NCBI GenBank assembly: GCA_951406725.2
Contig: OX597828.1
Coordinates: forward strand, 10,354,001-10,418,000
DNA: 64,000 bases
Direction: 5' to 3'
From: Octopus vulgaris
Taxonomy: Eukaryota
The translations under genes were made by a program, and so were the position numbers. A model generated the notes under the pieces. It saw only the letters and a program-made list of their open reading frames with translations, was not told the origin of the DNA and ran no database searches. Of this stretch, positions 1-15,890 are shown piece by piece (position 1 is the first letter of the stretch; every line of letters begins with the position of its first letter).

Positions 1-129
1 CGCACACTGAAATATGCCTGTCGTATATCTATCTATCTCTCTGTTCATCTATTTCTCTCTCTCTCCCTCTCGCTCTCTTTCTCTTTCTCTCTTTATATAT
101 ACATGCATACATATATATATATTCATATA

Positions 130-256
130 TGAGAACTACGTTAGTTGTACGCATGTCTGTGGATTGCTCAGTCACTTTCACGTTAATTTCACAAGCAGGC
201 TGTTCCGTTCAGCGTATCAGCTGGGACCCTCGTCGTCGTAACCCATGGAGTGCTCC
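130..256 (+). mobile_element. 3' fragment of SINE family B
   Basis: Matches the 3' third of 5343-5667 (gaactacgtta...cgttaatttcac...tatcagctggga...cgtcgtcgtaacc...ggagtgctcc). Confidence 0.8.
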
Positions 257-341
257 TATATATATATACATTTAAATACACACACAGATCCGCGCACACA
301 CGCACACATGCACACACACACACATACACACACACACACAT

Positions 342-382
<41 letters not shown>

Positions 383-383
383 C

Positions 384-680
384 GCCTGGGAATCGGTATG
401 AGCAATAGCACATCATTTTATATGCACATTACCAAGATGGCTGCAAAGGGCAGAAAACTGGCAGGATGGACACTGAGTTCCTTCAAGTCGGGAGACCAAG
501 TAATTGTGTTAACCTTGTGGAGACCTTTAGTTCTCACCCACCTGGGCTACTGCTCCCAGATATGATCACCACATTGTGCCAAATTATGTGAGCTTGCGGC
601 AGTCAAATAACACTGCATAAAAAGATTGAACAGTGCACCGGATGAGCTTCAGGTATAGTCTGAAAAAACTGCAAATTAAA
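384..680 (+). pseudogene. CR1/L2-type LINE ORF2 fragment (RT C-terminal region), degenerate
   Basis: Translates as LGIGMSNSTSFYMHITKMAAKGRKLAGWTLSSFKSGDQVIVLTLWRPLVLTHLGYCSQI*SPH. This resembles the CR1-clade pattern LG...F..HI...A.....G...R.F......L.L...LV..HLEYCS..WSP; a stop replaces the W. Confidence 0.75.
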
Positions 681-777
681 ATGCCATCACAAGTGGTAAG
701 CGAATTATTAGCCGTACAGTCAAATTAATATAATATATACATACAACACCAGATATGTACATATATACGCAAGGGTA

Positions 778-840
<63 letters not shown>

Positions 841-2533
841 AGATAGATAGATATACATATATGTATATATATATGTATGTATGTATGTATGTATTCATGC
901 ATATCTGTTTGTTTGTATATACATGCATGTATTTCGCTTGTCGTTTCCATAGCTTTTTCTTTAAAACATATACTTATAATTTTAATGTCATTCCTTGTAG
1001 GTTTCCTTCAAATATCTGTTGTAATTCTTTCAATTTATAATACCTCTAAGTTTTTGATTACACGGATTTCTAATCACACTCAACTGCATGTTCACCATCA
1101 CACTTCACTTTTCTATACCACCTTATTTCCCTTTACAGTCTAGCAATTCTTTTTATGTCGATCTTTCCTATACATTTTCTTGAGTATATAGTGAGGCATG
1201 AAGTTATGCACGTCTACGCTCGCGATCACTCTTTTTACCTCTTCTCTCTCTTCCTTAGTTGTTGTCTCTCACTCAACCCTCCATTTATATTCTTTCTTGA
1301 CATTATTTTAACCCGCTATTTCTTTCATTTACATCGATTCATTCATGTAATCGTTACAAGAAATTCCTTTTACTTTCTCTGTACCCTTTCTTCTATTGAT
1401 TTCTTTGTCTATAATCGATATGACACTCTTCTATTGCTCCACCCTATATCAAAGTATTAGCTTTACTTCATTTACTTTATTTTCAGCTTTCTAATTCTCC
1501 CATTCCATTACTAGCCTATAATACATATTCACTTTCAATAAATTGTGTTTTATGTTTTCTCCTTGGTTTAATCTGCTGTTTCATGAAGCATTTTTCTTTC
1601 GTAATACATTTCTGCTGACTAGAATCGACCAAAATTCTGCATTGTCACTATTAAACTGCATGTCTTAACTGCGTAGTGACACAACGCACATCCAAATTTT
1701 GCAGTGAAACGCGGAGGAACACCACAGAAAGCCATACTGCTGACCCACAATCAATATTTGACTTAAGACACAATCTTTTGCCTTAAACTATCGCCGATGC
1801 TTTGCTCAGGATAAACCTTTATCAAACAGACCTTAGATAAAAGTTACTTACTACTTGAATATACTTTCGTTTCGATGATTTAGGACTACAATTTCCTGTA
1901 CCATCTTCATTTTCACTTTAGGATGGCAGATTAAATGTTTGTTCAATGAATATAGCTAATAATAAACCAGTTTCACTACCCATAAAAAAACGTTAATGTT
2001 GTTAGAAAATTATTGCGTATCACTCTGGGAATATCAGAAGTTTTTGTACAAAACTGTCTGTCGCTTCTGTTAAATTTTTTATCTTGTTCGATATTTTTCT
2101 CGACAAAGAAGAGAAAAAGTATTTCACGAGGGTTTCATAATTTGTCAAATGGTGTGCAGTCACGAATTAGCGTTTGCTCCGCACATAGTGCTTGTACTGA
2201 ATGTCTTCATGGTGAACAATTCTCATAGTCCACTCCGACATCTGAAGATTTTGGACAAGCTTGGGCATCAACTAGTAAAAGTTGGGTCGAAAAAAATTAA
2301 TACCAGTACATATTTACAAAGTTTTGTACTTAATATATTGGTCTCTTTCAACGAACTCACAAAACACTATGATATATACAATTAAGTGGTGTGGAAGGAG
2401 TAAACATAAATACGAACACATACACATACACCTCACTCTCTCCCTATATATTTTTCTCCCTATTTATCAATCTAGTTATCTAACACTGTATATATAATTA
2501 TATAGATATATATATATATTTATAGATAGATAG

Positions 2534-2564
<31 letters not shown>

Positions 2565-3882
2565 TATATATATGAATCTTATATATGTAAATCCTTTTTT
2601 ATATATGTATCTCTATGCATTATTTTTTATACTATTACACCTACTAATATCAGTACACACTTTTTCTTGCATACTTATATTTAATTATGTCTATATATTA
2701 TAATTTAGCTTATATCCTACTTCTGATACTTTACATTAAATCAATAGATAATATGCATATCTTTCCAGATAAATTCCTTATGTAAGTTGTTTGACTGGTC
2801 TTTATTGTGACTACCTAATAATTAATTAAGTAAAGATGAAGTGTTAATCTGATTCTACATAATAGCAATTTTTTAGCGTTTAAACGGGTGTACATATTCT
2901 TTTTAGCTAACCTGGTTATGATAACTCTTTCTAGGATTTTTTAAATTTTATTTTTATGCAACATAATACTAAACATGCTCCAACTGAGCCACTAATGTTT
3001 TCCTGGATGTCATTGTAGCATCCTGAGTTTCATACAATTAAACCCTTTAACTGGTAACAATATCCTGAATTTATGTCACCCCTACACTACCTCTTTTATA
3101 GTCATTGCTACTATCTAAGTCACTCTTTTTGAAGTATTGTTTCTTCTTCTTGTGAGTACAGGGATACCTGTGACAGTCTGAAAGATATGACCAGCAGCCA
3201 GCTAGGAGCTCTCAACTCACCTTAAATTTTATTCTAAGTATATGCAGTCTTCTAGTCTTAGAATTATGTTGATGATAAGGAGATGAATTGAAAAGGAATT
3301 ACAACCCTATGAACCCCACAGTGTTCTATGCCACTCTAGATATTGTAGTCTGTTTTTCTCTTACCCATTCTAGCTACAATAGTGACAACATGAATTTCTT
3401 ACATCCTGTTGTTCTGTTACAATATTTACGAAAAATAATAATATATCTTGTCTGTTGAAAATCAATAGTTGTGCAACTGAAAATAGCACTGTATATAATG
3501 ATTGCAGTATTCAATTAAATGGAGCCGCTTCAAACGGCCGTACTGTATTACTACTTGAAACCCTGTTACTTATGTTGATATTATTCACCTTACTTCGAGG
3601 TGTATGGATAATACCGGACTGACTTGTTGCTTCAACTTAAGTACCGAATTCAACTGAATCTTAATTAATTCTTATATATATATATATATATATATTATAT
3701 AAAAGGGCTTAGTAAAATAAATTACTTTGCCGCATACTGAACTCATTAGAAATAGCAGCTAAAAAACTTTTTTAAAACTATTTCTAATACTTAAAGAAAA
3801 CCTCTCTCATATAGTGCTTGCTCAACTCAACTCACGAAAGTTTGGGGGTAAAGACATCAAAAAATCAAATGCAAAGGTTATT

Positions 3883-3934
3883 TGAGAACGTACGTTTCAA
3901 GATTAGTCAACACGACACTTCTATCATCAGCTCA
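3883..3934 (-). ncRNA. Type I hammerhead ribozyme motif (mirror copy in the inverted arm)
   Basis: Reverse complement of 4523-4574. Confidence 0.75.
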
Positions 3935-4522
3935 GAAACTCCTTGGTTTGGATTTGAAAACACTGAAAGTGAGAGCATACCCTTTCGGCTTCTCATCGCT
4001 TTCGAAGATCTGCTCGTAACTAACAGTGCCAACAAACCCAAATATGCAAGCTAAGACTTTCGTGAGTTGAGTTGAGCAAGCACTATATGAGAGAGGTTTT
4101 CTTTAAGTATTAGAAATAGTTTAAAAAAAGTTTTTTAGCTGCTATTTCTAATGAGTTCAGTATGCAGCAAAGTAATTTATTTTACTAAGCCCTTTTATAT
4201 AATGTAATAATTTGAATTCGCCTTAAATGGTCCCTTTGCATACTGAACACTTGGTGAAATTGATTAATAATTAATTAATTTTACCCTCAATTGTTGAAAT
4301 TATAATTAATCTCCCTCTAATTAATGCTTCGGATTTTACCGAAATAAGCATAGTGTTTGCTGATTTTAACCCACGCTGGTGGAAAGGGGAGAACAGAAAT
4401 TCTTCGCTTGCATATTTGGGTTTGTTGGCACTGTTAGTTACGAGCAGATCTTCGAAAGCGATGAGAAGCCGAAAGGGTATGCTCTCACTTTCAGTGTTTT
4501 CAAATCCAAACCAAGGAGTTTC

Positions 4523-4574
4523 TGAGCTGATGATAGAAGTGTCGTGTTGACTAATCTTGAAACGTACGTTCTCA
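4523..4574 (+). ncRNA. Type I minimal hammerhead ribozyme motif
   Basis: tgag-CTGATGA-t-aga..gtc/gac..tct-t-GAAA-c-gtac-g-TT-ctca. Stem I tgag/ctca, intact core, palindromic stem III (ACGTACGT), GUU triplet. Confidence 0.8.
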
Positions 4575-4855
4575 AATAACCTTTGCATTTGATTTTTTGA
4601 TGTCTTTACCCCAAACTTTCGTGAGTTGAGTTGAGCAAGCACTATATGAGAGAGGTTTTCTTTAAGTATTAGAAATAGTTTTAAAAAAGTTTTTTAGCTG
4701 CTATTTCTAATGAGTTCAGTATGCGGCAAAGTCATTTATTTTACTAAGCCCTTTTATATAATGTAATAATTTGAATTCGCCTTAAATGGTCCCTTTGCAT
4801 ACTGAACACTTGGTGAAATTGATTAATAATTAATTAATTTTACCCTCAATTGTTG

Positions 4856-5249
<394 letters not shown>

Positions 5250-5342
5250 ATGTATGTATGTATATATGAATGTATGTATGTATGAATGTATGTATGTATG
5301 CATGTATGTATGTCTATATATAACAATATTACAATTACTAAG

Positions 5343-5667
5343 TGAGGGCGCGTGGCTTAGTGGTTAGGGCATTCGGCTCATGATCGTAAGGTTGTGAGTT
5401 CGATTCCCGGCGACGCGTTGTGTCCTTGAGCAAGACACTTTATTTCACGTTGCTCCAGTCCACTCAGCTGGCAAAAATGAGTTGTACCTGTATTTCAAAG
5501 GGCCAGTCTTGTCACACTCTGTGTCACACTGAATTTCCTTGCGAACTACGTTAAGGGTACACGTGTCTGTGGAATGCTCAGCCATTTGCACGTTAATTTC
5601 ACGAGCAAGCTGTTCCGTTGATCGTATCAGCTGGGACTCTCGTCGTCGTAACCGAAGGAGTGCTCCT
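5343..5667 (+). mobile_element. Full-length tRNA-derived SINE (family B) with 14-bp target-site duplication
   Basis: A box TGGCTTAGTGG, B box GTTCGATTC. TSD ttacaattactaag at 5329-5342 and 5668-5681. Second partial copy at 130-256. Confidence 0.9.
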
Positions 5668-5824
5668 TTACAATTACTAAGAGGAATGACCACCAAAGTG
5701 GATCCCTATACGCTAGAGATAGACGTCAAATCACTTTTCCACAAAGAGTTTGTTCTCAAGAAATTTCTACCCTCATTATTTTAATATATATATATATGTG
5801 TGTGTTTGTGTGTGCGTATGTATT

Positions 5825-5874
<50 letters not shown>

Positions 5875-5880
5875 TATACA

Positions 5881-5939
<59 letters not shown>

Positions 5940-7080
5940 ATATACATACACATATACATACTCATATATATTTATATATATGTACATATATTACATTTAC
6001 ATTTGTAAAATATTAATAACGATTAGTTTTATGTAATTCAGTCAATGGCTATCAGTACACATTTTAAAATAATTATATGAAATACGCTCGCACAAACATT
6101 CGCTATTAACACAAACAAAAAAGACAAGGGTTTTCAAATTTTGTACTGGCACACAACAAGGATAAACGACGGAATCCCTGTATGGATTCTGTACCACATA
6201 CAATTACTAGTCAAACGAAATATACCGACTTTGAAAACACAAAACTGATACGATACATTGCAAAATACGGTTATAGATAAATGCAATGACAAGAAAGTCA
6301 CGTATGGAAATCATGCAATCCTTCGTTTAACAACACTCTTACCCTAAATCATAAATACGCATTTACTTATGTATGTGAATATACATGTCGTGATGTGTCG
6401 TGGGATGTTTTTAACCCATACCAGCACTTATGAATGCATTCCAGCGTAACCATTTAGTAATTTGGTAAAGTATATCGTATATAAGGACAATATTATCCGG
6501 TACATATAATTTTTCTCCATGAAATAAAGGCTTTATTGGAAAGGGTTTGGGGTATAATTCTTTGTAGGATAAGATAAGACAACGTGTAATGAAACCCGAT
6601 ATTGTTCAATCATCAATGAATGTTTGGGTAACGTTCAGTTTTTTTCTTTATAAGCGATGAGGAATCACTGCTCATATATGTATAATAATGAAAATGTATA
6701 GACGCCGGTGTATAACTACATGGGAATGGTAGTATGTAAGAAAATGTCTGTGATTTTAGATTTCTGTATGATTTGTGGCCGAGAATGTTAATAAAACTGT
6801 CATTTTAGTTATTATACTAACAACCACACGAAATTTTCATTTCCACTGTAGATATTTTTTTCCACCATAAAGTAAAGAATTGTATTTCTCAACAAATTCT
6901 TCTGTATGCATGAGTGTCATGTATGTGTATATATATATACGGTGTATCGGAAATCTCCAAAGGCTCCATCACTCACGTCTCGGCTATGAGCTTCGAACCC
7001 TGGTAATCTGTTACAGCATTTACCTAGCGTACCTAATCGTATAGATTCCCAATATTTTATATGTATATATATGCATATAA

Positions 7081-7145
<65 letters not shown>

Positions 7146-7162
7146 GATATATACGCATATAA

Positions 7163-7206
<44 letters not shown>

Positions 7207-7209
7207 GTA

Positions 7210-7310
<101 letters not shown>

Positions 7311-7867
7311 TATATATACATATATACTTTACAAACACACGCACGCATATATATATATATATATATGTATATATATCGTACACTTATATACAGACAACTA
7401 CACAGGCAGAATTTCTGATTTGCTTTGGGGGTAATTCATATTTTATCTGTTGACTTCGTATTCCAAACATAAAATGAGAGGTATATATGTATGTATATTT
7501 TCACATAGACACACACAAACAAAACTCGCATAAGTATACATGTATGTATGTATGCATGTAAGTATATAAGTATGTGTGTATGTATGTATGTATGTATGCA
7601 TGTATGTATACGTATATGTATATGAATAAACCTTCCTATTTTGTTTACTTCGGTATTGATTTTGTCGTTGATATTAATTTGATATTCATTTCGTTGTATT
7701 TTGATTTTCATTTTAATGACATGTTAGACTAATTTTAATGGAAAATGCACCGGCATTTATGTTTTAGATTATTTGTCAGATAGACACCACACCTGCACAT
7801 ATAAATGCGATACACTTTTGTTTATTTCTCAGCTAAAATTCTTCTGTAAGTTATGTCGGAATTGGGA

Positions 7868-7925
<58 letters not shown>

Positions 7926-7926
7926 A

Positions 7927-8003
<77 letters not shown>

Positions 8004-8098
8004 TATTTACACATGCAAGCCTCTCAGAGCATGCATAAGCACAAATACTTATATGTGGCTGTGAGAATGCGTGTGCTTTTCTCTCTCTCTCTCTCTCC

Positions 8099-8130
<32 letters not shown>

Positions 8131-9300
8131 CTATCTATCCGTCTATCCATCTGTCTATCTATCTATATCTATCTCTTTCTGTCACATACACACACACATA
8201 CACACACATGCGAGTGCAACACACATGCACACATGCACACATACGCATACACATATATTGTATGTGTAGTAAATGTCTGTGTGTGTATATATATGTGTGT
8301 TTAGTTGTGTAATTGTACATGTATATGAATTTTCATGCCGGATTGAAGAATATTAACCGATAAAAGTTCATGTACATGCGTGGGTAAACAGTTGCTTAAT
8401 ACGAGTGGAATTTTCTTTTCATTTTTAACCTTATAAAAAAAAAGGAATTTTAGAAATGAAAAGAACATTCCAACCATATTAAGAAAGTATATACTTACTT
8501 TTGCGCAACCTGTATATGAGCCGCTAAAAGGGGTTTGTTATAAAGTTTATTGTTATGTCGCAATACTACAGAGTGGCTGCGTGACCTACGAATTTCTCGT
8601 CGCCACTGTTATATCGCACGTTCTGCTCTACTACTCTCTCAGCTGTGCTCTGTTGACGTCTAAGATTCTCCCTCTATATCTACGTATTGGGCTAGCCTAC
8701 TTCATCGTCTGAGGGCGTCCACACAACATTTATAATGCTAGAAATCATTAACAGTCGTTAAAATAATAGAATCATCTACTGGTTTTGTTAACTTTGCTTG
8801 TATCTGGACTTACAAACTCGAGACTCTCCGACCATTATCCTTCACTTCTTTTCGCTCGCGTGTCCTCACTCTGAACACTGTTGTTTGCCGTAGTCTCCTT
8901 ACAGGAAACAAGGTACGTTGAAAATTGAAGCAGAGATCAATTAAAAAAATATAGACATGAAATGTCCTCATTATTGAAAATGACTCGAGCTGCACACACT
9001 TTTTCCCTTCACAGTCGTCGTGAATGCTACATCATTTGTATGATGTGGAAAATATTCCAGCATTATGGCTAAATGATGGAGGCATCTAATTTAGTATTCA
9101 ACTATGGCGTATTCTCCTTGCGCCTTCCTTTCTCTACAAAATTCATGGTCGCGTTATATCACAATATTTAAACTGAAATATTTAAATTCAGCCGTCTCTA
9201 CTCTTTCTAACATCATGTGAAGACACATAACACAAGACAAAAATTTCATAACATTCATTATGTATACACATACACACAAACAAAGACATGTATATATATA

Positions 9301-9952
9301 TTTAATCTTCATTCCTTTCGTGAACTTATCCTTTTTTTTGGGGGGGGGGGTCTTCAGATTTATACTGCTCTTTCTAGCACAAGGCTTTCCTATTTGGAAG
9401 CCTCTTATTGTATTTCTAGATGAATAATATATAGTCTAATGACTAATTCGTTTTTTGTGCTAGGCCACTGGTAATAATAATTTATTATTACCCTATTTTA
9501 TTATGTTTAAATATTGTTTGATAAATTCGTTCGAAATTTTTACCGACATCCTCTCTGTCGCCGGGTATAATCTGCGTCTGCGCAGTGGTTTGAAAAGTTA
9601 GGATTTACAAACCGTTAGTTCTACATGTGGATCTGGCAGGCTGTACGTCTGAAATTTAAAGGCTATCCCACTGAAGAAAACTGGCCTTCAGTAAATTTTT
9701 TTGGCTGGAAATAGTTAGAAACCACGGTCTGGGAAATAGTTGAGATGGTAAACGTTTTTAATTTTTATTCCTTTCGTGAATTTATCCTTTTTTGTGGTGT
9801 TGAGATTTCTACTGCTCTTTCTAGCACAAAGCTTTCCTATTTGGAAGCCTCTTATTGTATTTCTATATGAATAATATATAGTCTAATGACTAATTCGTGT
9901 TTTGTGCTAGGCCACTGGTAATAATAATTTATTATTACCCTATTTTATTATG
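9301..9952 (+). mobile_element. Partial-tandem (about 1.4-mer) hammerhead-bearing PLE-type element
   Basis: Direct repeats of ~200 bp at 9301-9505 and 9757-9952 enclose a unique ~250 bp segment with an intact hammerhead. TA-rich flanks. A related 3' end lies at 19234-19285 (-). Confidence 0.8.
9666..9734 (+). ncRNA. Type I hammerhead ribozyme motif, canonical core
   Basis: tccca-CTGAAGA-a-aact..(long loop II)..agtt-a-GAAA-cc-ac-gg-TC-tggga. 5-bp stem I, GUC triplet. Confidence 0.85.
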
Positions 9953-10101
9953 CTTATATATATTTAAATATATATACATGTATAAATATACATACACACA
10001 TACATAGTCATTTAAAACTTCTTGTACTTATATATACGTAGATACGTACATATATAAACGTGTGTGTATGTGTGTGTAATAACTGTAATTATATATTGTT
10101 T

Positions 10102-10103
10102 TA

Positions 10104-10148
<45 letters not shown>

Positions 10149-10151
10149 GAC

Positions 10152-10207
<56 letters not shown>
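10102..10207. repeat. Compound (TAC)n(TAA)n microsatellite
   Basis: Directly visible. Confidence 0.95.
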
Positions 10208-10215
10208 TAGGTTCC

Positions 10216-10336
10216 AATTAAAGCGACAAAAATCTAAACAGACGACAGAAAAAAGATGGGGCGAACCACTCGGAATATTCCAGGTGGTTTGCCCCATCAT
10301 TTTCCCGTCAATTGTTTAGATTTAGTCGCTTTAATT
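10216..10336. mobile_element. ~120 bp imperfect palindrome, MITE-like
   Basis: aattaaagcgac/gtcgctttaatt, aaatctaaaca/tgtttagattt and gatggggcgaaccac/gtggtttgccccatc pair around a central ggaatattcc. Confidence 0.6.
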
Positions 10337-11789
10337 ACAGCCCATGTTATTATCATAAGAAATAATATATAATTACAGTTATTAAAAAAAAATGGCTTAT
10401 GTGTTCGCTTTTCTCCGATTTTTTTTTTTTGCAGTCTTCGGGTTTGTTTAGAAATGTATAAATATGTGTGTGTGCTTATGTGAATTTTTTTGCGTGTTTG
10501 TGCTCGCACGTGGTTGTGAGTGCATACGCTGAAATATATATACGTATATATAATATATATATATACAAGGAGAGATATGGGGATTGTGATACATACATGC
10601 ATTCATACAAATGCCTAAGTATAACCGCGTGTGTATATACATGTGAGTATGTGTGTGCATTTGTGTGTGTGTGTGTGTGAGTTATTGTAAGCCACAGCAA
10701 CGATTCTCTAACTTTCTCCCGCCTCACTTTAGATTGTTAAGCTTCTTCCATTCTGAAAATGATCGTTCTCCTCTGTGAAATTGCGTGCTACTAAAATTGA
10801 CATTATATAAAAGTACTGAGTACCTTATTCTTGAACATTCAACATTATTTCTGACATTTTATTGTCTTATACAATAATCAACTTTAAAATGAATACATTG
10901 GAAAACACTTCGCAATAAATGACTCTTTCAAAAATACAGACAAGTGGAACATTTTATTAATTTAGTTCCCCGTCTTATATTTAGCTCCACAGCAATATTA
11001 ACTTGTTTGTACATTTACTGCGATATAGTCCTGAAAATTAAATTTTATTGTACAAATCTGATTTATACACTTCTTTTCTTAGCAAACGTTTATAAATGAC
11101 ATAGTTTTGATGTTTCTTTACGTGGAATGTGTTAGATTGTTACATATTAGATAGAGTGAAACTGTAATATAGAATTCAAAACAAATATCAAATAATATTG
11201 TTGACAGAAAATTTCCTCATTAATATTCCTCTTTATTTGTATTAATATAATTATTACACCAGATACACCTCTTGAAAACACTATATTATAATTACAATAA
11301 TTATGTCAACATTCATGTTCATACTACGGCGGCATTAGTAAATATATGGAATGAAGCATTGTTGCAATCAGAGTCAACATTATTAAAACAGCAGTGTGAT
11401 ATCATTTAGACTATGCTGTTGACATCATTAATTATCTTGCAGTGGTATTCAATCGTTTGGGAAGTTCGTGTCACTGAAGATCAAATAAAATATTACTGTC
11501 GCATTTCGCAAGTGAAGTAATAAATTGATAAACATAAATTGATAACTATAAATTTTTTATAAGTGAAAGGTATTAGAAAAAATTCTTAAATGCTATTGCT
11601 TACTTCATTTCATGAGCCATGATTTTGTGCTAGAAAATAAATTTTTAACACATTTTCTAAGCTGCTCACGTATTTGCACGTCTTTCTGAAACGTTATACT
11701 TTTCTTTTCAAAATAATTGATGCGATGTTTTAAAATCATTGCTCTATAACCTCATTATTGTTACGAAAGCAGAAATCAGTATTATTGGC

Positions 11790-12795
<1,006 letters not shown>

Positions 12796-13645
12796 ACCTC
12801 TACATTTGTTAAAAGAAATGGTTGCCTACAAGTGATAACAGAACCAGTATTTATAAATCGGCGTATCGTAATATATGCAACAATGAATAACGTATACATT
12901 ATATAAACGAATGAGGTTCCTTCTCTATTTTAGGTATTGAAAATAAGCTAGCAATACATTTACGGTAGAAATTTATATAATTATTACAATTATAGTGTGA
13001 GTTATGTACATAGAAAATTTAATTTCAATTCTGCTATGCTACGCTAGGTACGAATACATTGAAGAGAATATATTCTAGACCACTGAACACATGGGACTGG
13101 AAGTGACTGAAGAAAGTCTGAGGCAAATTGAAGATACAAGAATTTGATTAGACTTAATATATAGGTGAGATTTTAAGCATAGATGGATAAATTGCAGAAG
13201 TCCAGTGGTTTTTCACCGTTATGAAAATGAAAAATTGTTTTCATTTCTAAAAGTTCAATGTGCTTGAATGTATATGGTCTGATATTAATACGGTTGTTAC
13301 TTCCTGCCGTTGCTGCTGCTGCTGGTAGTAAATGCAGTGCTGTAAATATAAAATGTGGAACTCATTTATTGCATAGGTATTATACATGTTTCACTCTGCT
13401 GAACGAGATACACGCATTTAAGGATGCAGGTGTTTAAATAACCATACGTTGCTCCATATATGTAAGCACGTATAAGCATTTATAGCTAAATACATATATA
13501 CCCACATACGTACACTTACATTTACAGACCTATGTAAATATATAAATATGTATATATATATAAATATATATATACATGTATATATATGCATATCAGTCCA
13601 TCTATGCATATGGACACACACACACATGTATGTATACATCAATAT

Positions 13646-13694
<49 letters not shown>

Positions 13695-13971
13695 GTATAT
13701 GCACGTTTGTAAGTATATATTTATACATAGACGCTCTGAGGCATGAACACGTTTCCGTCTTTCTTTGTTTGCTGAGAAGTGACCCTCTGCCTGTAAAACG
13801 ATAAATGTTGTCTGGTATATACATAATTCATATATCTGTATATATATACACATTATACACACTCACATATGTATGTATATATTTACAGAGAGAAAAAGAG
13901 AAAAATAGCCAGATAGGGAAGGAGAGTGAGGGAGGAAGAGTGAGTAAGTAACATGCATACCAACACATGTT

Positions 13972-14053
<82 letters not shown>

Positions 14054-14609
14054 CATATATATATATATGCATGTATATACATGTGTGTATGCATGTTACT
14101 TTCTCACTCTTCCTCCCTCACTCTTGCACCCACTTATATAGATATATTAAATCTATACTCCATGTGAAAGTTATTTACATGTATACACAATTTTAATATA
14201 GATTTAAATTTTAATGCTTAAATATATTTACTCTAATGAACGGTGAGTAGCCGACGAATCTAGTTTAATGTTCGCAAAGATTTTTGACTAGATAAAGTAA
14301 TGCATTTTTTACACATGCGTAATCTGCCCTAGGTAAAGTTAAAAGGGGCACATGGTTTATGTTCATTGATGTATGTAAACATAACATTGCCACAGAGCCA
14401 ACGAAGGCGGTGCAGTGGACTATGTCAAGAAAATGAGAGTTTGCCGTCACATTTCACTGCACTGCTTGTTCCTGTTATTTGAAGTTGCCTTGCCAATATT
14501 GTTGTAATGCCAAGTATCATATGTCAGACAACAGATTTGTTTATATTTTTATGTATTTATTTACTTTATACTATTACTATTGCTATTGTTATTTTCTTCT
14601 TGTTTTTGC

Positions 14610-14612
14610 TCA

Positions 14613-14643
<31 letters not shown>

Positions 14644-14750
14644 CATCAATATTATTATTATTATTATTATTATCATCAATATTATTATTATTATTATTAT
14701 TATCATCAATATTATTATTATTATTATTTTTATTATCATCATCATCATCA

Positions 14751-14835
<85 letters not shown>

Positions 14836-14847
14836 TATCATTATTAC

Positions 14848-14895
<48 letters not shown>

Positions 14896-14935
14896 TATTA
14901 TTATTATCATTATTATTATTATTATCATCATCATT
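14610..14935. repeat. Long interrupted (ATT)n/(ATC)n microsatellite
   Basis: Directly visible; source of the poly-Y/I/L ORFs. Confidence 0.95.
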
Positions 14936-15464
14936 GTACGACTGCTACGTGAATTATTCTCGAAATAGAATATTTCTGCGAATAATAATTGTATACGAAG
15001 AAATATGAAAACAAAAAAAATAAATAAATAAACATTCGTGAAGTAAAAAAAAAAGCAAAAAGTTAAAGAGTGTATACAAATTTTAAATGTAAACAAACCA
15101 AAAACAGTAATCATAATATCACCCGGTATTTCAGTTTCTTTTTGATTTTTCTGACAAAATAAAAACGTAAATTTTAACAAACCAATCTATTTGTTTCAGT
15201 GTGGATTTAGGTCAAGACGTGGTAAATAGTCTATGTTTGTTCACCCGATGCAGTTGTTCATTTCCGATATTTACTAATGCTGTACGCAAATTAAATTCAT
15301 TCGGTGTCGAATATTATGTTAACGCCGAGTTAAACTTTATGAAACATATGAAAAAATACTACCCACCACGAGTCAGCATGCTGAAAGGAAATTTTTTTTT
15401 ATTGAATAGTGTTCATGAAACATAATAGAAAAACACTCCACCCACGCATATGCATGTATATATG

Positions 15465-15531
<67 letters not shown>

Positions 15532-15890
15532 GTATATATGTATATATAAATATATATATGTATATATATATATATATATATAACTATATAATATATATAC
15601 ATATTTATGCATAAAACAGAAATGCAACAAACACTCACACTCACACACATACAGGCGAGCGCGCAGACAGGCACACACACACACACACTATATATATATA
15701 TATATACATAGGTAGAGTGACAGATATAGTGAAAGTGGAGATGGATAGTGGATAACAGGAACAAGATTGAACGGTATTCTATATTTCAAAACGCGTCAAG
15801 TATTTTGACACATTTTTATATCCGTAGTACTTTGACGAATAGTATAATTAACATATTATATAATCATACATCAAAGTTGTTATATATATA

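Noticed and set aside
3818-4642. Near-identical 78-aa (+) and 123-aa (-) ORFs
   Set aside because: Both arise from the inverted repeat, lie antisense to the hammerhead strand and show no recognisable domain.
5344-5417. tRNA-like sequence with a CAT anticodon-like loop (and similar heads of families A and C)
   Set aside because: No proper acceptor stem; it continues into a SINE body with a TSD.
6940-7058. TA-flanked ~115-bp segment with weak terminal similarity (tatcggaaatct / agattcccaata)
   Set aside because: Possible MITE, but the inverted match is too short and it has no second copy here.
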